64,000 nucleotides of DNA from Carpediemonas membranifera BICM (taxonomy: Eukaryota > Protista > Fornicata). The stretch spans positions 310,001 through 374,000 of the forward strand of contig JAHDYR010000002.1 in NCBI GenBank assembly GCA_019828565.1. Reading direction: 5' to 3'. A program made the position numbers and the translations under genes. Below are positions 13,120 to 25,172 of this stretch, one piece after another. How positions within the stretch are numbered: the first letter of the stretch is position 1; each line of letters starts with the position of its first letter. Under the pieces are notes generated by a model. That model saw nothing but the letters and a program-made list of their open reading frames with translations. It made no database searches and was not told the origin of the DNA.

Positions 13120-13193
13120 CATACTGTCAATTCCTTGACTTCAAGTCAAGTTTTTGTGACTTAAAGTCAAGGCCAAAACTTGACTTTAAGTCA
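13120..13193 (+). repeat. Left TIR of element B (three TGACTTNAAGTCA palindromes)
   Basis: Reverse complement of 24892-24965. Confidence 0.95.
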
Positions 13194-13375
13194 AGACGTT
13201 TGAATTAATCAGAGGAACCAGGCTCTGTCAGTAAATAAGAATGGTATGGCTGGGTAGCAGTACTAGTTCTCTATTCACTGCATTGATGGCTAACTGTGGG
13301 CTAAGCTGTGACCTGAGTATGGGTGACTTCTTCTTGACGACGAGAGCCATTTTTTTCAAGTTCGACCACTTCGGC

Positions 13376-13458
13376 TCTGTCCCCTTCGCAGTTTTTTGCA
13401 GGATCTGATCTACACCAGTAGTGCTTGTGATCTAACAAAAATCTGCGAAGGGGACAGA
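13376..13458. repeat. Subterminal hairpin, 16-bp stem TCTGTCCCCTTCGCAG / CTGCGAAGGGGACAGA
   Basis: Read directly. Confidence 0.85.
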
Positions 13459-14678
13459 ACAGATCTCGAGATTTTTAGCAAAAGACTCGGGCCGAGTCGA
13501 GAGGCGTTATTGATGAGCGCACAGCTCAGGGAATTTTTCTACGCTGCAACTAAAAACCAAGAGGCCGAGTAAACACAAGTATTACTACACGATGATGCCC
13601 AGACCGTCGTGTAAGGAGAACATTCTTGGGCGGTCAACGCGAAGAAAAAGTTAAAGTTATTGAAATTAAAAAGACGGCAATGTACTCGCCCTTGGCTGAA
13701 ACCTCAGGCATAATGGTTTCAGGTGTGAACTCTTCCAATTGGGGGAGTTATTGTCATTGTTCAGGTTAAGGTCACGCCGCCTGCATGAAAAAAAATTGGT
13801 AATGACGGAAGCAATGTCGGAGATATCCAGAAATGGCTGTGATAGAGCTCATAGCAAGACAGCATTCGAGATATGTGCCCATCTGAGCATGCTTTCGATC
13901 ATTCTAGATGGCATAAGCCTCTTTTCCCACAACTAATCAATATCAAGTCGGCTTTTTACTCAGTATCGCTCGCTCAGACATCTGAAACGTCCCGATTGGC
14001 AACATAACCCTGCTGGAACAGTGAAGTGGCGAGCATAGAGTTCCATTGATGACGAAAGGTTGCGACCGGCAAGCGCCTGATTCATACGGCCATTTGGGGC
14101 GGTGCGAGAGTCAATCTCGTTAATGAAAGGTAGGATGATGCGCGTATGAGTGTTTGTAGGGTCACTAACGACCTTAATGACGAGTTAGGACGTGTGTGGC
14201 AGGGCCGTGCGCTGCCGGAATACACAGGGCAGATTCGCCCCGTTGATTCCAGAAGCTCGCCGCTCTTCCACGCACGATAGTCAATACAGGGATAGATACA
14301 CATCTGGACCTCTTTTATACAGCCAACCAGGCTCCGCATAAACTGCGCATTTCAGATGACGCCCGATGAAGAAAACACACGAGCGACGCCGGTATCGCCG
14401 GCGAAACGTATAGCATTAACGATTGAAGGGATAGAATTGGAGCTAGACGTTGTTTATGGGATTCAACGAGCGCACTTCATTGATTCTCGCATTGATGGTG
14501 AATTGGTGCAGATGAAGCGCTGCACGGCAAGGATCAAGACATTTTGTTCATACTACATAGCAAATTACAACGAGTTTTCGATGTGAATAGATCAGTAAAT
14601 AGAGAGAAAACCTGTAGCAGCCGATAAACACTGTCAGTCAACAGCCCAACCGAAGACACGCCAAAACACAAGCACAAG

Positions 14679-15851
14679 TCAGTTTTTACTCAGTTTGATT
14701 CCCGCAATTGCAGAGTAGTTCTCATGGCAGTCTTTGCAGAGCTTATATGTCACTCTTCGGGCGTCGACAACTCCGGTGATCGTTTCGCTCTCTAAACATC
14801 CCTTCAGACCGCAGTACCAGTGGCCACAGATCCGGCAGTGATAAGCTTTGGCGGCCAGGTTCATCTTGCCACACTCTGCGCACTCATCCCGAGCACACTC
14901 TGGGCAGACCTTCTTCTTCCAGGACTTGGAACACTTTGAATGGAACCAACGCTTGCATGAGTCACAGAATGGATGCATGCTGCTGCCAACGTTGGTCACC
15001 CAGTCTAGACAGTGGCACTTGCCGCAGCCGTAGCTGAGGCGACGGAGCTCCAGCTGCACAAGCTGCACGTTTTCTTCGGCGGGCTGGGCAGACCGACCCT
15101 CTGCCTCTTCAACAACATCTTCATCGCTGGAATCATACTTCGACCGCTTCATGTCAAACTTCTCATTCAGCTGGAGAAGATCTCTGTGGACCAGCTGAAG
15201 TCTATCATCGAGGTCGTCACGTTCTCTGCGGGGAACTGGATCGGGTTTCACGTTGCCAAGGATGCTGTCTGGTGCTTCGCTCTTCACATCGGCACATGCC
15301 GGAGGTGGAGTGCGAACGGCAACCATGGTTCTGACTGTCTTCTTGCTGCCTCGATACGGAACCATGTTTCTCACATCCTCACAAGGCAGACCACGCGGAA
15401 CCTGAATCGATCTGCTTTCGATATCCTTCAAACCAACAAGATCCAGAATCTCTCGAACGGCATCCGTCATGATGGAGGTGTTGCTGTGCCTTTTCAGCGC
15501 GGTAACCTGATGGAAGATGCGACTGGTGTTGTAGGCGATGGTGTAGCCGATCCTCACACCCCACTTCCGCACGTGACACTGGGCAAATCTTCCAGTCGTC
15601 ATGTTCTTGTTCTTCTCATCTTTGGAGACGATAAGAAGCTTCTCAAACATGACTGAGATCGGGACAAGGATATGCTTCACTTGGTTGTTGAAGGAGTTCA
15701 CGATTGCTTCGGCGGATAGGCCAGATTGCTCATCATCAACGTCGTTTGAGATGACGAAGAACGTATCAAGCATTGCAGCAGCAAAAATGGCACGGCATAC
15801 GGTGATCTTTCTGTCAGAAAGAGACTTTATAGCCTTACTGTCTTCTACCAT
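14679..15851 (-). CDS. PHD-finger-like protein with a second C-terminal zinc finger
   Basis: CGKC...CDSCKRWFHSKC...CPEC (C4HC3 pattern), followed by CAEC..CRIC.HWYC..CKDC. Confidence 0.7.
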   Translation of the reverse strand: MVEDSKAIKSLSDRKITVCRAIFAAAMLDTFFVISNDVDDEQSGLSAEAIVNSFNNQVKHILVPISVMFEKLLIVSKDEKNKNMTTGRFAQCHVRKWGVRIGYTIAYNTSRIFHQVTALKRHSNTSIMTDAVREILDLVGLKDIESRSIQVPRGLPCEDVRNMVPYRGSKKTVRTMVAVRTPPPACADVKSEAPDSILGNVKPDPVPRRERDDLDDRLQLVHRDLLQLNEKFDMKRSKYDSSDEDVVEEAEGRSAQPAEENVQLVQLELRRLSYGCGKCHCLDWVTNVGSSMHPFCDSCKRWFHSKCSKSWKKKVCPECARDECAECGKMNLAAKAYHCRICGHWYCGLKGCLESETITGVVDARRVTYKLCKDCHENYSAIAGIKLSKN

Positions 15852-15898
15852 ATGGATCTAAAGGAGAATTTCAGTGATTTTTGGTTTACTAAGTGAGT

Positions 15899-18474
15899 AT
15901 GTCACAAATGAGGGCTACGCTTCGCTGGGAGCTTCAAGATGCTCTTATCTTTGCTCCAAGAGACGAGGAGAACGTGAATATTATTCTTGCTAATGTGTAC
16001 CGCTCTCTTGATCCCGAGTTTGGACGTCGCGCTGTTGGAAGCGCCGAAGGAACGGGCTCCAAGGAACTGGCACGCCATACGTTCTCTCACATCGTTCATG
16101 AGCTCGTCAATTCTGCTATCATTGATCGAGAAGAGGTTGATCAGGCGTTCTTGGCTATCAACCCACGTAAGTTCGCTGGAGTCGTGAGGAGCTATACCCA
16201 ACAACGCTTTTTGGACAGAGGCTTACGTCTCACGCCACCGTGAGATAGCACGCCTTCAGGATCGCATTGCGGTCCTCGAGCGGACAGTTGCTAACACTGA
16301 ACGAGTCATGTGCTTAGTGAACGCCCTTCGGTCGGTCTCAGAGGGTGTCAATTCTGTCTCTGACAGCGTTGTCATATTTAACAACATCGCGTCCAAGCTT
16401 GGCTGTGGGGAGGAGGTGATTCGACAGTCGAACAACCAGTTGAGGTTGATGAGCGTCGATGGTGACATCAGGAGACTAAGCGGCATCGAAGCCATTCTTT
16501 CCGAAAAACAGTTCGACTTCCTCGCCCCACTAGTGCCGACAACACTCGAAACAGGTCACAATACGTTCAGGTACAAGGATGACAAGGCGTACCCCCTAGA
16601 GCAGACGCTGCGCTTCCGTGCATCAGAGGATGACATCCCCCTTGTCAGAGACTCGGCCAGATCCATTGGTATTGACGCCGACGTTTCGGTGGAGGGTGCT
16701 TTCATGACGGTTTTCTACAACTCGGTGACTGCTCGCGATGCACACATCCCGCACCTGAAAACTCTCGGTTTCACGCTGAAGAAGCTCACGAGCGCCACAT
16801 GGCAGTATGTCCAAGAGGCACATTTTGATCTTCGTGCCCACTTCGAGAAACTTGTCGCATATCCACAGGCCGCTTGTCTGACCGTCAAGGAGCGTGATGC
16901 AGTCAGTGCCGCTCTGAACCAACAGCGGTCACACGTTGACCCAGACGAACAGCCCCGGACCATTCCTCTCGTCCTCATTGTTTGGTTCGATGCCTGGAAG
17001 AGCCAGACGACAGCCCTGAAGTGCCGCTTCTACGATCCCAGTGGCTTCGTGTTTCCCTCGATTCTGACGCCCCCTTTTCGCGTGTTAGAATACCAAGGTA
17101 AGGAAAGTGACATCCGGTCACATTTCTCTGTTGTCGATCAGATCATTGACATGGCTTGCAAGGCTGTGCCAAAGGTACGAGACACACGTCACTACTGCTC
17201 GATCGAGAAGCTCATACTGATCGCTGACCACCCTGCTATGGCGAAGATGATCGGAACCACATGCGGCGGTGACTATCCCTCCCCATTCCAGCCAATCCAC
17301 GCGGCAAACAAGGGGTGGAGTCCATTCGGCGTTAGATATCGTTTGTCGCTGTACGATGTTGTGAAGGCAAAGCAGATGGTCAGTGACGCAGAGCCTGGGG
17401 TCGACCTGACTCTTGAGTGGGGATCTTTCAAGGCCAAGAAGGAGAAAGTGATTCGCCCCACGATGCTCGCATCAACAGAGATACCGCTCTCGGAAGTATA
17501 TATATCCCCGCCAATCATGCACATCAGTCACGATCTGATCGAGCAGTTCGGAAATATCTTTAAGATGTTCCCCAGCTACACCGTTGAAGGGCGCGGAGAG
17601 GAGAGAGTGGCGATAGTCCGGAGAAACAAGATGCTACAGCGCGCAAAGAATTTTGAGGCGCCCGACCGCACTACTGGGTGCAACGAGCAAGTTAAGGGCA
17701 GGAAACTCATGGCCAACCTGGCTAAGGAGCTGTATACAGCGTTCCCCCACCGCGTCCAATCTGTCATGCGTTTGGCTGGGTATCTACAGGCACACTACTA
17801 CGCCATGGATCCAGTTACGGACGAGGTCGCCATCTGGCATCGTTACGCAGCTTTAGTCATCCACATATTTCACCTCACGTTGTGCTTGAAGGTGTCTGCT
17901 ATCGACAGGGAGGACTACAGGTTCCCTATCCTCCGGCGCGCGCATGTGGGTGACAATGCACCCTGCATCCAAACAATACAAGCCAACGACCGCCTGGTTG
18001 CCTTGCCGGAACTTCAAGCTTCTCTCCGGATTCCTTTTGGTCGAGTCATTGAGGAGTATTTCGAGCGAGAGTTCATCTCTAACCAGGAATCCCGTGTTCA
18101 TCTCCGCCGGAACAAGGTGTTGGGTCGCTTGATTTTTGCTGGATCAGGTCAATCAGATCTACCGGTTTATGAGGGGCGTTGTCTCCCACGGTCGCAAGAA
18201 TGGTAATGTACCCATTCTCTCCAAACTCAAGACTATGAGAGTCCACAAGTGTTGCAAGGATGTGAAGAAATGGCTGTCGATTCCGAGGGACCTGATTGTG
18301 ACGACTATGTCTGATGCTGACTATTCTCGCTTGAAGCCGATATTCACAGTCGAGCTAGAGGGACTCTGGAAGGAGGTGAACAGGAGAGCCGGGCTGACAT
18401 TTGATGACCAGTTCCTCGTGCTGCCAGTTCACGATGATGGGGTGGAGACACTCGATATTTGCATTTGTAGATGA
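15899..18474 (+). CDS. Transposase of element B (~857 aa; +1 T frameshifts near 16210 and 18135)
   Basis: Motifs WFDAWK, IADHPA, PPIMH, RTTGCNEQ, IEEYFEREF and DICIC. Three ORFs join to a length matching the intact C copy. Confidence 0.8.
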
Positions 18475-18879
18475 GTTGGAGATAAATGTAGTCATTGACG
18501 CTAATCACCTTTTTGCAATGACACGGATGACGGAGTTCGTCATTCAATCTCGTTGCGAGCCATAAAGTGCACCAATAGTGGGAACCGACTTCCCACTATT
18601 TTCTCAGTGCCAATGAGCTATAGAGCTTTAGTGAGGATATAAGCTTGCATAATAACACATCAATAGCGTCTGACGGCCGCTATGGCCCATGATACTCAAC
18701 AACAACATCAAACGAGTCAAAGGAACCACGAAACCACACAAGGAACGAGCTAGAAGAAACGATAGGAACTTTAATTGCATAAGCAACATCAATACTGCCA
18801 CCAGCTGTCCAGTCAGCGCCCCAAAGCCAACAGAACCACGGCAGCACCACGACCCCACCGCAATTCATTTACTACTGAC

Positions 18880-20757
18880 TCATTCCACAAAATAACAGTC
18901 ATCCTCTGTGTTCTGTTGGGCAGACAGGTGCGATTCTGCCTTCCTCAGCTCAACAGGTGTTACATGGTACACTTCCGCGTGTGCTGTGACGTCGGTTGGC
19001 GTGCCGGAGATATAAATGTAGTAATTGACGCCAATCACGTTTGCAATGACACGGATGACGGACATGCTCGCATTAGTGTTTGTCAGGGTGATGTAACCCT
19101 TGTCTCTACCCTGGAAGAAGACGATTGTGCCGTCCTGGATGGATGCAATGGGCATGTTGTGAATCTGTGACCAGACCTGAATTGCGGTGTCCCGGCAGTA
19201 TGGAAGACTGTCGTTCTTGCCACCCTTGCCTGTTGAACTGGCATGGCTGTAAAAGAGCTGATAGTCTGCCGGAAGTAGGTCGCGCTTCTGCATAATCCCT
19301 GCAGCAGCTTGAAGCTGCTCACGCCAATCTGTTGTCGGTACGTCACGCTCGTTAGACACATGCCTGAGGCAGTGGCCAACACAGTCACCATCGCCTGGGG
19401 GGTTGTACGGCTTGAAGTTCGACCGGAGGTGACGTGTGAACTCGTCCAGGCAGTCCTCTCTCTCCTCGGTCTGGACATCCTTGTCATCTGTCGGGGTACG
19501 GTCGTCACCTTCGTTCACCTCAGTTCCAGTCTCGCAGGTCACAGGTCTGGCCTTCTCGGGCTCAGTCTGGATGCAGGCGTCGCATGTGTTCACCGCCTCC
19601 TCTTCTGCCTTACCCCTCTTCTCCTTCGCCTCCTCCTCTGACTCCTCCTCCGAGTCCTCAGGCCTGGCCTTCTCGGGCTCGGTGGTGATGGCCTTGCGCT
19701 TCACAGACATGGCTGCCTGCGCCTCGTCCGTATCGCGTCGGGGGCAGGAAGTCCTGGAGAGCGTGCCAGACTGTGGCGGGATGGGGCTGGCGGCGAACGA
19801 AACATCGCAGGAAGCAAGGTACCCAACGTCATGCTCATGATGGATACGCCTGCACTCAAGAAAGTGGTCTCTTCTCTCGTCGGTCACCTGCTTCGTCAGC
19901 CGCTCGACCTGCTCCTTGAGAGATTGGATCTCCGTCTTCTGAGCAGAGATCAGACTGGCTGTCACGCGACGAACGACTCGAGCTTCAGCAGGGAGTCTCG
20001 TGGTCAACGTCTTCTCGCCAGTAAGCGCCTGAGTATCGATCTGGTCGGCCCAGAGATAGCGCTGAAGCACGTGGTCGGCGTGATCCTCGCCGGGACAGGG
20101 GGCGTTATCCTTGCGGGCCCGCACACGACGAGTACCGCAGATCTCATCGTACACTCGCTCCCATACCACGTCATACTTGGACTCGCGCGTGTATTCCATC
20201 TCCTTTTCCAACTCCTTCCGGTCTTCCTCATCGGCCAGCTTCATCATCTGAACCCGAGTACAATCCCTGATGTCCTCGTCCTCCTCCTTCGCGAGTTCAC
20301 ACTCAAGCCTAGCGTTTGTCTTCATTCTAGCCTCACGAATGCTCTTCTTCACCCGAATACGCGCGCTCTCCACCTCGCCGTCGTACAGGTGCGTGAAGGT
20401 ATCCCCGCCGAGGACCTGCTTCAGTGTTTTCTTGTGTTCCCCTGTGACCCTTTCACCCTCATTCAATTTCGTCGTCGCCATAAACTGCGCCTTAAGGTCC
20501 TTCTTCATATCTTCTGTCTCCTGGCGCGTGAGGCGGAAGAACGTGGCAATACGCTTGAGATTAACACCTGTGTAAACAATTTCGCTCAGTAACGTACGTT
20601 CCTTGATCACAGTAGCGAGTAAATCGCGCCTAGGCAGCAAAAGCGCGCGAAGGACGTCGCATTTGCCTTTAGCGCTTGCAGCTGCATTGATCTTGGTCAT
20701 TAGCTCCTTCTTCTCGAACTCAGTGGCTTCTTCCAGCCAAGTGAACAAGTCTAGCAT
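18880..20757 (-). CDS. Coiled-coil protein with C-terminal OTU-like deubiquitinase domain
   Basis: PPGDGDCVGHCL ... IQVWSQ ... AHAEVY. Confidence 0.75.
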   Translation of the reverse strand: MLDLFTWLEEATEFEKKELMTKINAAASAKGKCDVLRALLLPRRDLLATVIKERTLLSEIVYTGVNLKRIATFFRLTRQETEDMKKDLKAQFMATTKLNEGERVTGEHKKTLKQVLGGDTFTHLYDGEVESARIRVKKSIREARMKTNARLECELAKEEDEDIRDCTRVQMMKLADEEDRKELEKEMEYTRESKYDVVWERVYDEICGTRRVRARKDNAPCPGEDHADHVLQRYLWADQIDTQALTGEKTLTTRLPAEARVVRRVTASLISAQKTEIQSLKEQVERLTKQVTDERRDHFLECRRIHHEHDVGYLASCDVSFAASPIPPQSGTLSRTSCPRRDTDEAQAAMSVKRKAITTEPEKARPEDSEEESEEEAKEKRGKAEEEAVNTCDACIQTEPEKARPVTCETGTEVNEGDDRTPTDDKDVQTEEREDCLDEFTRHLRSNFKPYNPPGDGDCVGHCLRHVSNERDVPTTDWREQLQAAAGIMQKRDLLPADYQLFYSHASSTGKGGKNDSLPYCRDTAIQVWSQIHNMPIASIQDGTIVFFQGRDKGYITLTNTNASMSVIRVIANVIGVNYYIYISGTPTDVTAHAEVYHVTPVELRKAESHLSAQQNTEDDCYFVE

Positions 20758-21801
20758 CGTATATCGCCAAGAGACGTTAAATGGTTACTAAAAGTTTATG
20801 TATATCGCCTGCGGCTTGTAAGCACTCACACCGTGACTACCACCAGCCGTCATCACACCCCTAGCCCTACCCACACGTCCATTCTCGCCGATGCTGATTA
20901 AATCGTCCGGCCAGCGAGCCGGGGCCTTTCGCAAATTTAATATGGCCAAGAGACGTTATCTGCGGCTGAAACGAGCCCCATATAACCCCCTATGACGTTA
21001 TACGGAGAAATCATCGCCGATTTTCACGTTTCGGCGAGCTCCGGCCAAGGGGTCCAGGAGTCAGCTTTTGGGGGAAGGTCTGTGGTGCTCTAACGTACCT
21101 CGGGACGCACTGTGGAGGCCCCTAGAGTGCTCGGTCATGGCATGTCAGACCAAGGGTCCCTCAAATCTGGCCCCATTCAGGATGCTCCCCCTAAATGTTC
21201 CGTTGCAAGCGTCTGACGGGCGTTCTCTGGATACCGACCAAGATGGAGGTCACGTGGATGAACGGACGATAATTGCGGTATTCTGGCCATGCCTGGTACT
21301 CTCAAATCATCTATACTGCTCTGTGGTTCATTTATTGTTCATATCGTATGGACGTGGTGGACTTATGGTACTTGATGTTGTTTAGGGATTATTGTTGCTT
21401 TAATGATGCTCTGCGCTCGCTTACTGATGTTTCTTAGTGTTGTGCACATGCCTACTACGTTAAAGCCGCCAGTATTCTTTCTATTCTTAAGTTCCTCATT
21501 TCAGTCTCGTTGCGAGCATAAAGTGCGAAATAGTGGCCAATTGGCCACTACGATATCGGCAATTAAGACAGTAACAGGAGCGTTTGGTGCGCAGATCAAG
21601 ACTTTTTAACAATATCAACAAACGGTTCACTCACTTTCTCGTTTAACGTAGTGAATCATCAGTTTCAGCTGTGGCGTTAGTTGTTAGCCGTGCGAAGCAC
21701 TGATGAGGCCTTATTACCATCAATAGGAGTAATAAACACCATTTAACTTCAATATAGAGAGCGAGCGGCCAAGAAACAAGCGCCGGGAGGATAACGGCGG
21801 T

Positions 21802-22290
21802 GGAGAGCGGCAGGAGAGCGCCGGGCGATGGCGCACGGGAGGGAGAGCAGCAGGAGAGCGCCGGGCGATTGCGCACGGGAGGGAGAGCAGCATGAGAGCG
21901 CCGGGGTATGGCGCACGGGAGGGAGAGCAGCATGAGAGCGCCGGGCGATGGCGCACGGGAGGGAGAGCGGCAGGAGAGCGCCGGGCGATGGCGCACGGGA
22001 GGGAGAGCAGCATGAGAGCGCCGGGGTATGGCGCACGGGAGGGAGAGCAGCAGGAGAGCGCCGGGCGATTGCGCACGGGAGGGAGAGCAGCATGAGAGCG
22101 CCGGGGTATGGCGCACGGGAGGGAGACAGCATGAGAGCCAGGGGTATGGCATGGGAGGAGCAACAGGAGAGCCTGGGGTATGGCGAGGGAGGGAGCAGCA
22201 GGAGAGCGCCGGGGGATGGCGCACGGGAGGGAGAGCAGCAGGAGAGCGCCGGGGGATGGCGCACGGGAGGGAGAGCAGCAGGAGAGCGCA
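21802..22290 (+). repeat. 40-bp G-rich minisatellite GGAGAGCGCCGGGCGATGGCGCACGGGAGGGAGAGCAGCA, ~12 units
   Basis: Direct tandem repeats with no spacers. Confidence 0.95.
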
Positions 22291-22976
22291 CGGAGGCGAT
22301 TTGGGGCCCCGAAAACGCCAGCATCAGCGCAAGTAAGCTATTCTATTACAAAATGCTTCACTTGCGCTGGTACTACAGCGTTTTCGGGGCCCTTTGCCCA
22401 TCTTTCGTCGTCTGAATATTTTCGTGCAGAATTCAAACGAGTGCCGCCTGGCAGAGGCTGAGCTGCGGAGCTTAGTCCCTGTGGCACCACTTGTCTGGCC
22501 CAGCTTCCCGCCATGCTCCCGAAAATTCAGGTGCAGATTTGGGAGCAGAGATGTCGACGAACCCCGGTAATATGGCGTTTTCGGGGCGCAAGTGCCACAC
22601 GCCCCACAGCCACGACACCAGCACCACTTACTTACTTTACTCATCGTTGCTTCGCTTTTCGCCTGGAACCTCATTTCAGTCTCGTTGCGAGCATAAAGTG
22701 CGAAATAGTGGCCAATTGGCCACTACGATATCGGCAATTAAGACAGTAACAGGAGCGTTTGGTGCGCAGATCAAGACTTTTTAACAATATCAACAAACGG
22801 TTCACTCACTTTCTCGTTTAACGTAGTGAATCATCAGTTTCAGCTGTGGCGTTAGTTGTTAGCCGTGCGAAGCACTGATGAGGCCTTATTACCATCAATA
22901 GGAGTAATAAACACCATTTAACTTCAATATAGAGAGCGAGCGGCCAAGAAACAAGCGCCGGGAGGATAACGGCGGT

Positions 22977-23196
22977 GGAGAGCGGCAGGAGAGCGCCGGG
23001 CGATGGCGCACGGGAGGGAGAGCGGCAGGAGAGCGCCGGGCGATGGCGCACGGGAGGGAGAGCAGCATGAGAGCGCCGGGCGATGGCGCACGGGAGGGAG
23101 AGCAGCAGGAGAGCGCCGGGGGATGGCGCACGGGAGGGAGAGCGGCAGGAGAGCGCCGGGGGATGGCGCACGGGAGGGAGAGCGGCAGGAGAGCGC
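22977..23196 (+). repeat. Same 40-bp minisatellite, ~5.5 units
   Basis: Direct tandem repeats. Confidence 0.95.
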
Positions 23197-23610
23197 ACGG
23201 AGGCGATTTGGGGCCCCGAAAACGCCAGCATCAGCGCAAGTAAGCTATTCTATTACAAAATGCTTCACTTGCGCTGGTACTACAGCGTTTTCGGGGCCCT
23301 TTGCCCATCTTTCGTCGTCTGAATATTTTCGTGCAGAATTCAAACGAGTGCCGCCTGGCAGAGGCTGAGCTGCGGAGCTTAGTCCCTGTGGCACCACTTG
23401 TCTGGCCCAGCTTCCCGCCATGCTCCCGAAAATTCAGGTGCAGATTTGGGAGCAGAGATGTCGAGCGCCGCTACACCACCACCGCTACGCCAGCGCCGCC
23501 GCCCCTACGCTTGCGCAACTGACACGACGTCCCACGCCGGCGCCAGCACAGCGCCAGCAACGGCAAGCATACTCACTCACTACTTCAGCTAACATCATCA
23601 ACGATTTTAT

Positions 23611-23889
23611 CTAGAGTGAAGCAGCAACGGCTGCTTCCAACTCCTCGCGTGTAGCGCTTTCCCGTATTCGTTTCATACACCTTACCTTGTACCGTCCAAA
23701 ACGGCGACAGAAGGACAGAGAGTCCAGAAACTGTTCGAATACGTCACTATTTTGTCGGATCTCTGTGCAAATAACAACATCAGCATCCTCATCGTCGCAC
23801 TCAAGGTAAACGCACAGTTTTTGATATGTCTGCTTGTATTGCTCCTTCGTAGAGCGCTTCAGTCCCTCTAGAGCGTGCTTCAGCAGCAT
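23611..23889 (-). CDS. Small protein resembling a tyrosine-recombinase N-terminal core-binding domain
   Basis: LKRSTKEQYKQTYQKLCVYL...FEQFL pattern; resemblance by eye only. Confidence 0.3.
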   Translation of the reverse strand: MLLKHALEGLKRSTKEQYKQTYQKLCVYLECDDEDADVVICTEIRQNSDVFEQFLDSLSFCRRFGRYKVRCMKRIRESATREELEAAVAASL

Positions 23890-24891
23890 TTCGATCGAGA
23901 TTAAAAATCACCCGAATTCTAGCTCTGTTCTGTGGCCGCTGCAGGCACCGCTGGGCGCAATAGAGCTCGGAGCGGCGTTGTCTGCCAAAAATACCTATTT
24001 GCTCCCGGTGAAAATTGAACCCACGATCAGGGGGCTGTGTACAAAGTCTCTTCCCACTATACTATGAATTATGGGAAATCCGCCCTTATTAAGCTTCCTA
24101 CAGGGAATATAGGCCATTTTGGAGGTATGAGCGACCGGGAGGGGGAGATTGGGGGACATTTACGGTATGGCTGGACTCTACTCGGGCAGACTATTATAAC
24201 GAGGCTCAGATCAGACCTCTACGGCCGCTATACGAGGAGAAACGAGCCAGTAAGGGCACTAGCGGCCCATGGCCGCAGCAGCGCCCAGCAAAGCTCAGCT
24301 ATAGAGTCACCTGAGGCCCCAAATGACGTGCTGATCAGGTCGACTCCCATCTATTGACTTGGTAATTGCAGAGGGCGTCTGAACGCGATGTCCTAATAAC
24401 CGACTTGGTCGGAGCGGTTCGGCGATGACTCCGTTGTATTCCACACCTTCTTTTAATGCCGAAACATGCAGTCCTTTAGAGTCAACGCGCGTCCTGTCCG
24501 TCAGGCGAAGGGCATTCAGCAGAGGCATTGCTGCGGTCTGCAGGCCGCCCCAGCGCTTCAGGATGGCCAACTGGATGATCTGGACCCATGTCTATCAAAT
24601 CCATTTTGATCACATCAAACGTGTGTCAAATCCGGCAAATCGATTTTGCGATAAAAAAAGGGGCAGAGGGGAGGAAGCGACCCATAAGTCGTACCTATGG
24701 ACCATTTCCTCCCCCCTGCCCGCTTTTTGAGTCTCAACTCTCAATTCCAATTTGTCCCTATGTTACTTTTTTCTAGCAGGATTTAAAGTTTGATACTGCG
24801 CATGCGTATTGCTTAGGTATAGCCAAGTACTACCATACCACTTTGAAGATCCAGCTCCGTCTCATCGTCGAGTTCATTTTTTCTTGCAAAA

Positions 24892-24965
24892 TGACTTAAA
24901 GTCAAGTTTTGTCCTTGACTTTAAGTCACAAAAACTTGACTTGAAGTCAAGGAATTGACAGTATG
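24892..24965 (-). repeat. Right TIR of element B
   Basis: Ends ...GGAATTGACAGTATG. Confidence 0.95.
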
Positions 24966-25172
24966 GTTAGGAGAAAACTTCCCATTTCTGCTCTCGTGCC
25001 CCAGAGCAGACGAACTCTTGGTCCTGAAATTACCATTTGGTGGATGCTGGCGCCGCGGGGCACCGTCGCTCGCTTCGAGCTCGAATAGCTTTCAATGAGA
25101 TCCGATAAATCCCGATTGCCAGCTTTTTGGCCTTTTTCCGGTTGGTTTCGTCAACTTCCCATACCGGACATT

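Larger units (their letters stand above)
21494..23464 (+). repeat. Tandem duplication (21494-~22557 and 22669-23464), each unit containing a 40-bp minisatellite
   Basis: Near-identical units that differ in minisatellite copy number. Confidence 0.9.
13120..24965 (+). mobile_element. Element B: complete 11,846-bp DNA transposon, 74-bp TIRs, 2-bp TSD (GT)
   Basis: TIRs at 13120-13193 and 24892-24965 differ at one base and begin CATACTGTCAATTCC. Flanks read ..GGGT|CATAC and GTATG|GTTAG. Internal transposase present. Confidence 0.92.

Noticed and set aside
19831-20592. Long antisense ORFs (also 30640-31488, 45087-45848 and similar)
   Set aside because: They are shadows of real genes on the opposite strand in GC-rich DNA.
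21802-23196. CRISPR array, or repeat-protein ORFs over the 40-bp repeats
   Set aside because: The units are head-to-tail with no unique spacers and there are no cas genes. The ORFs are by-products of a stop-poor minisatellite.
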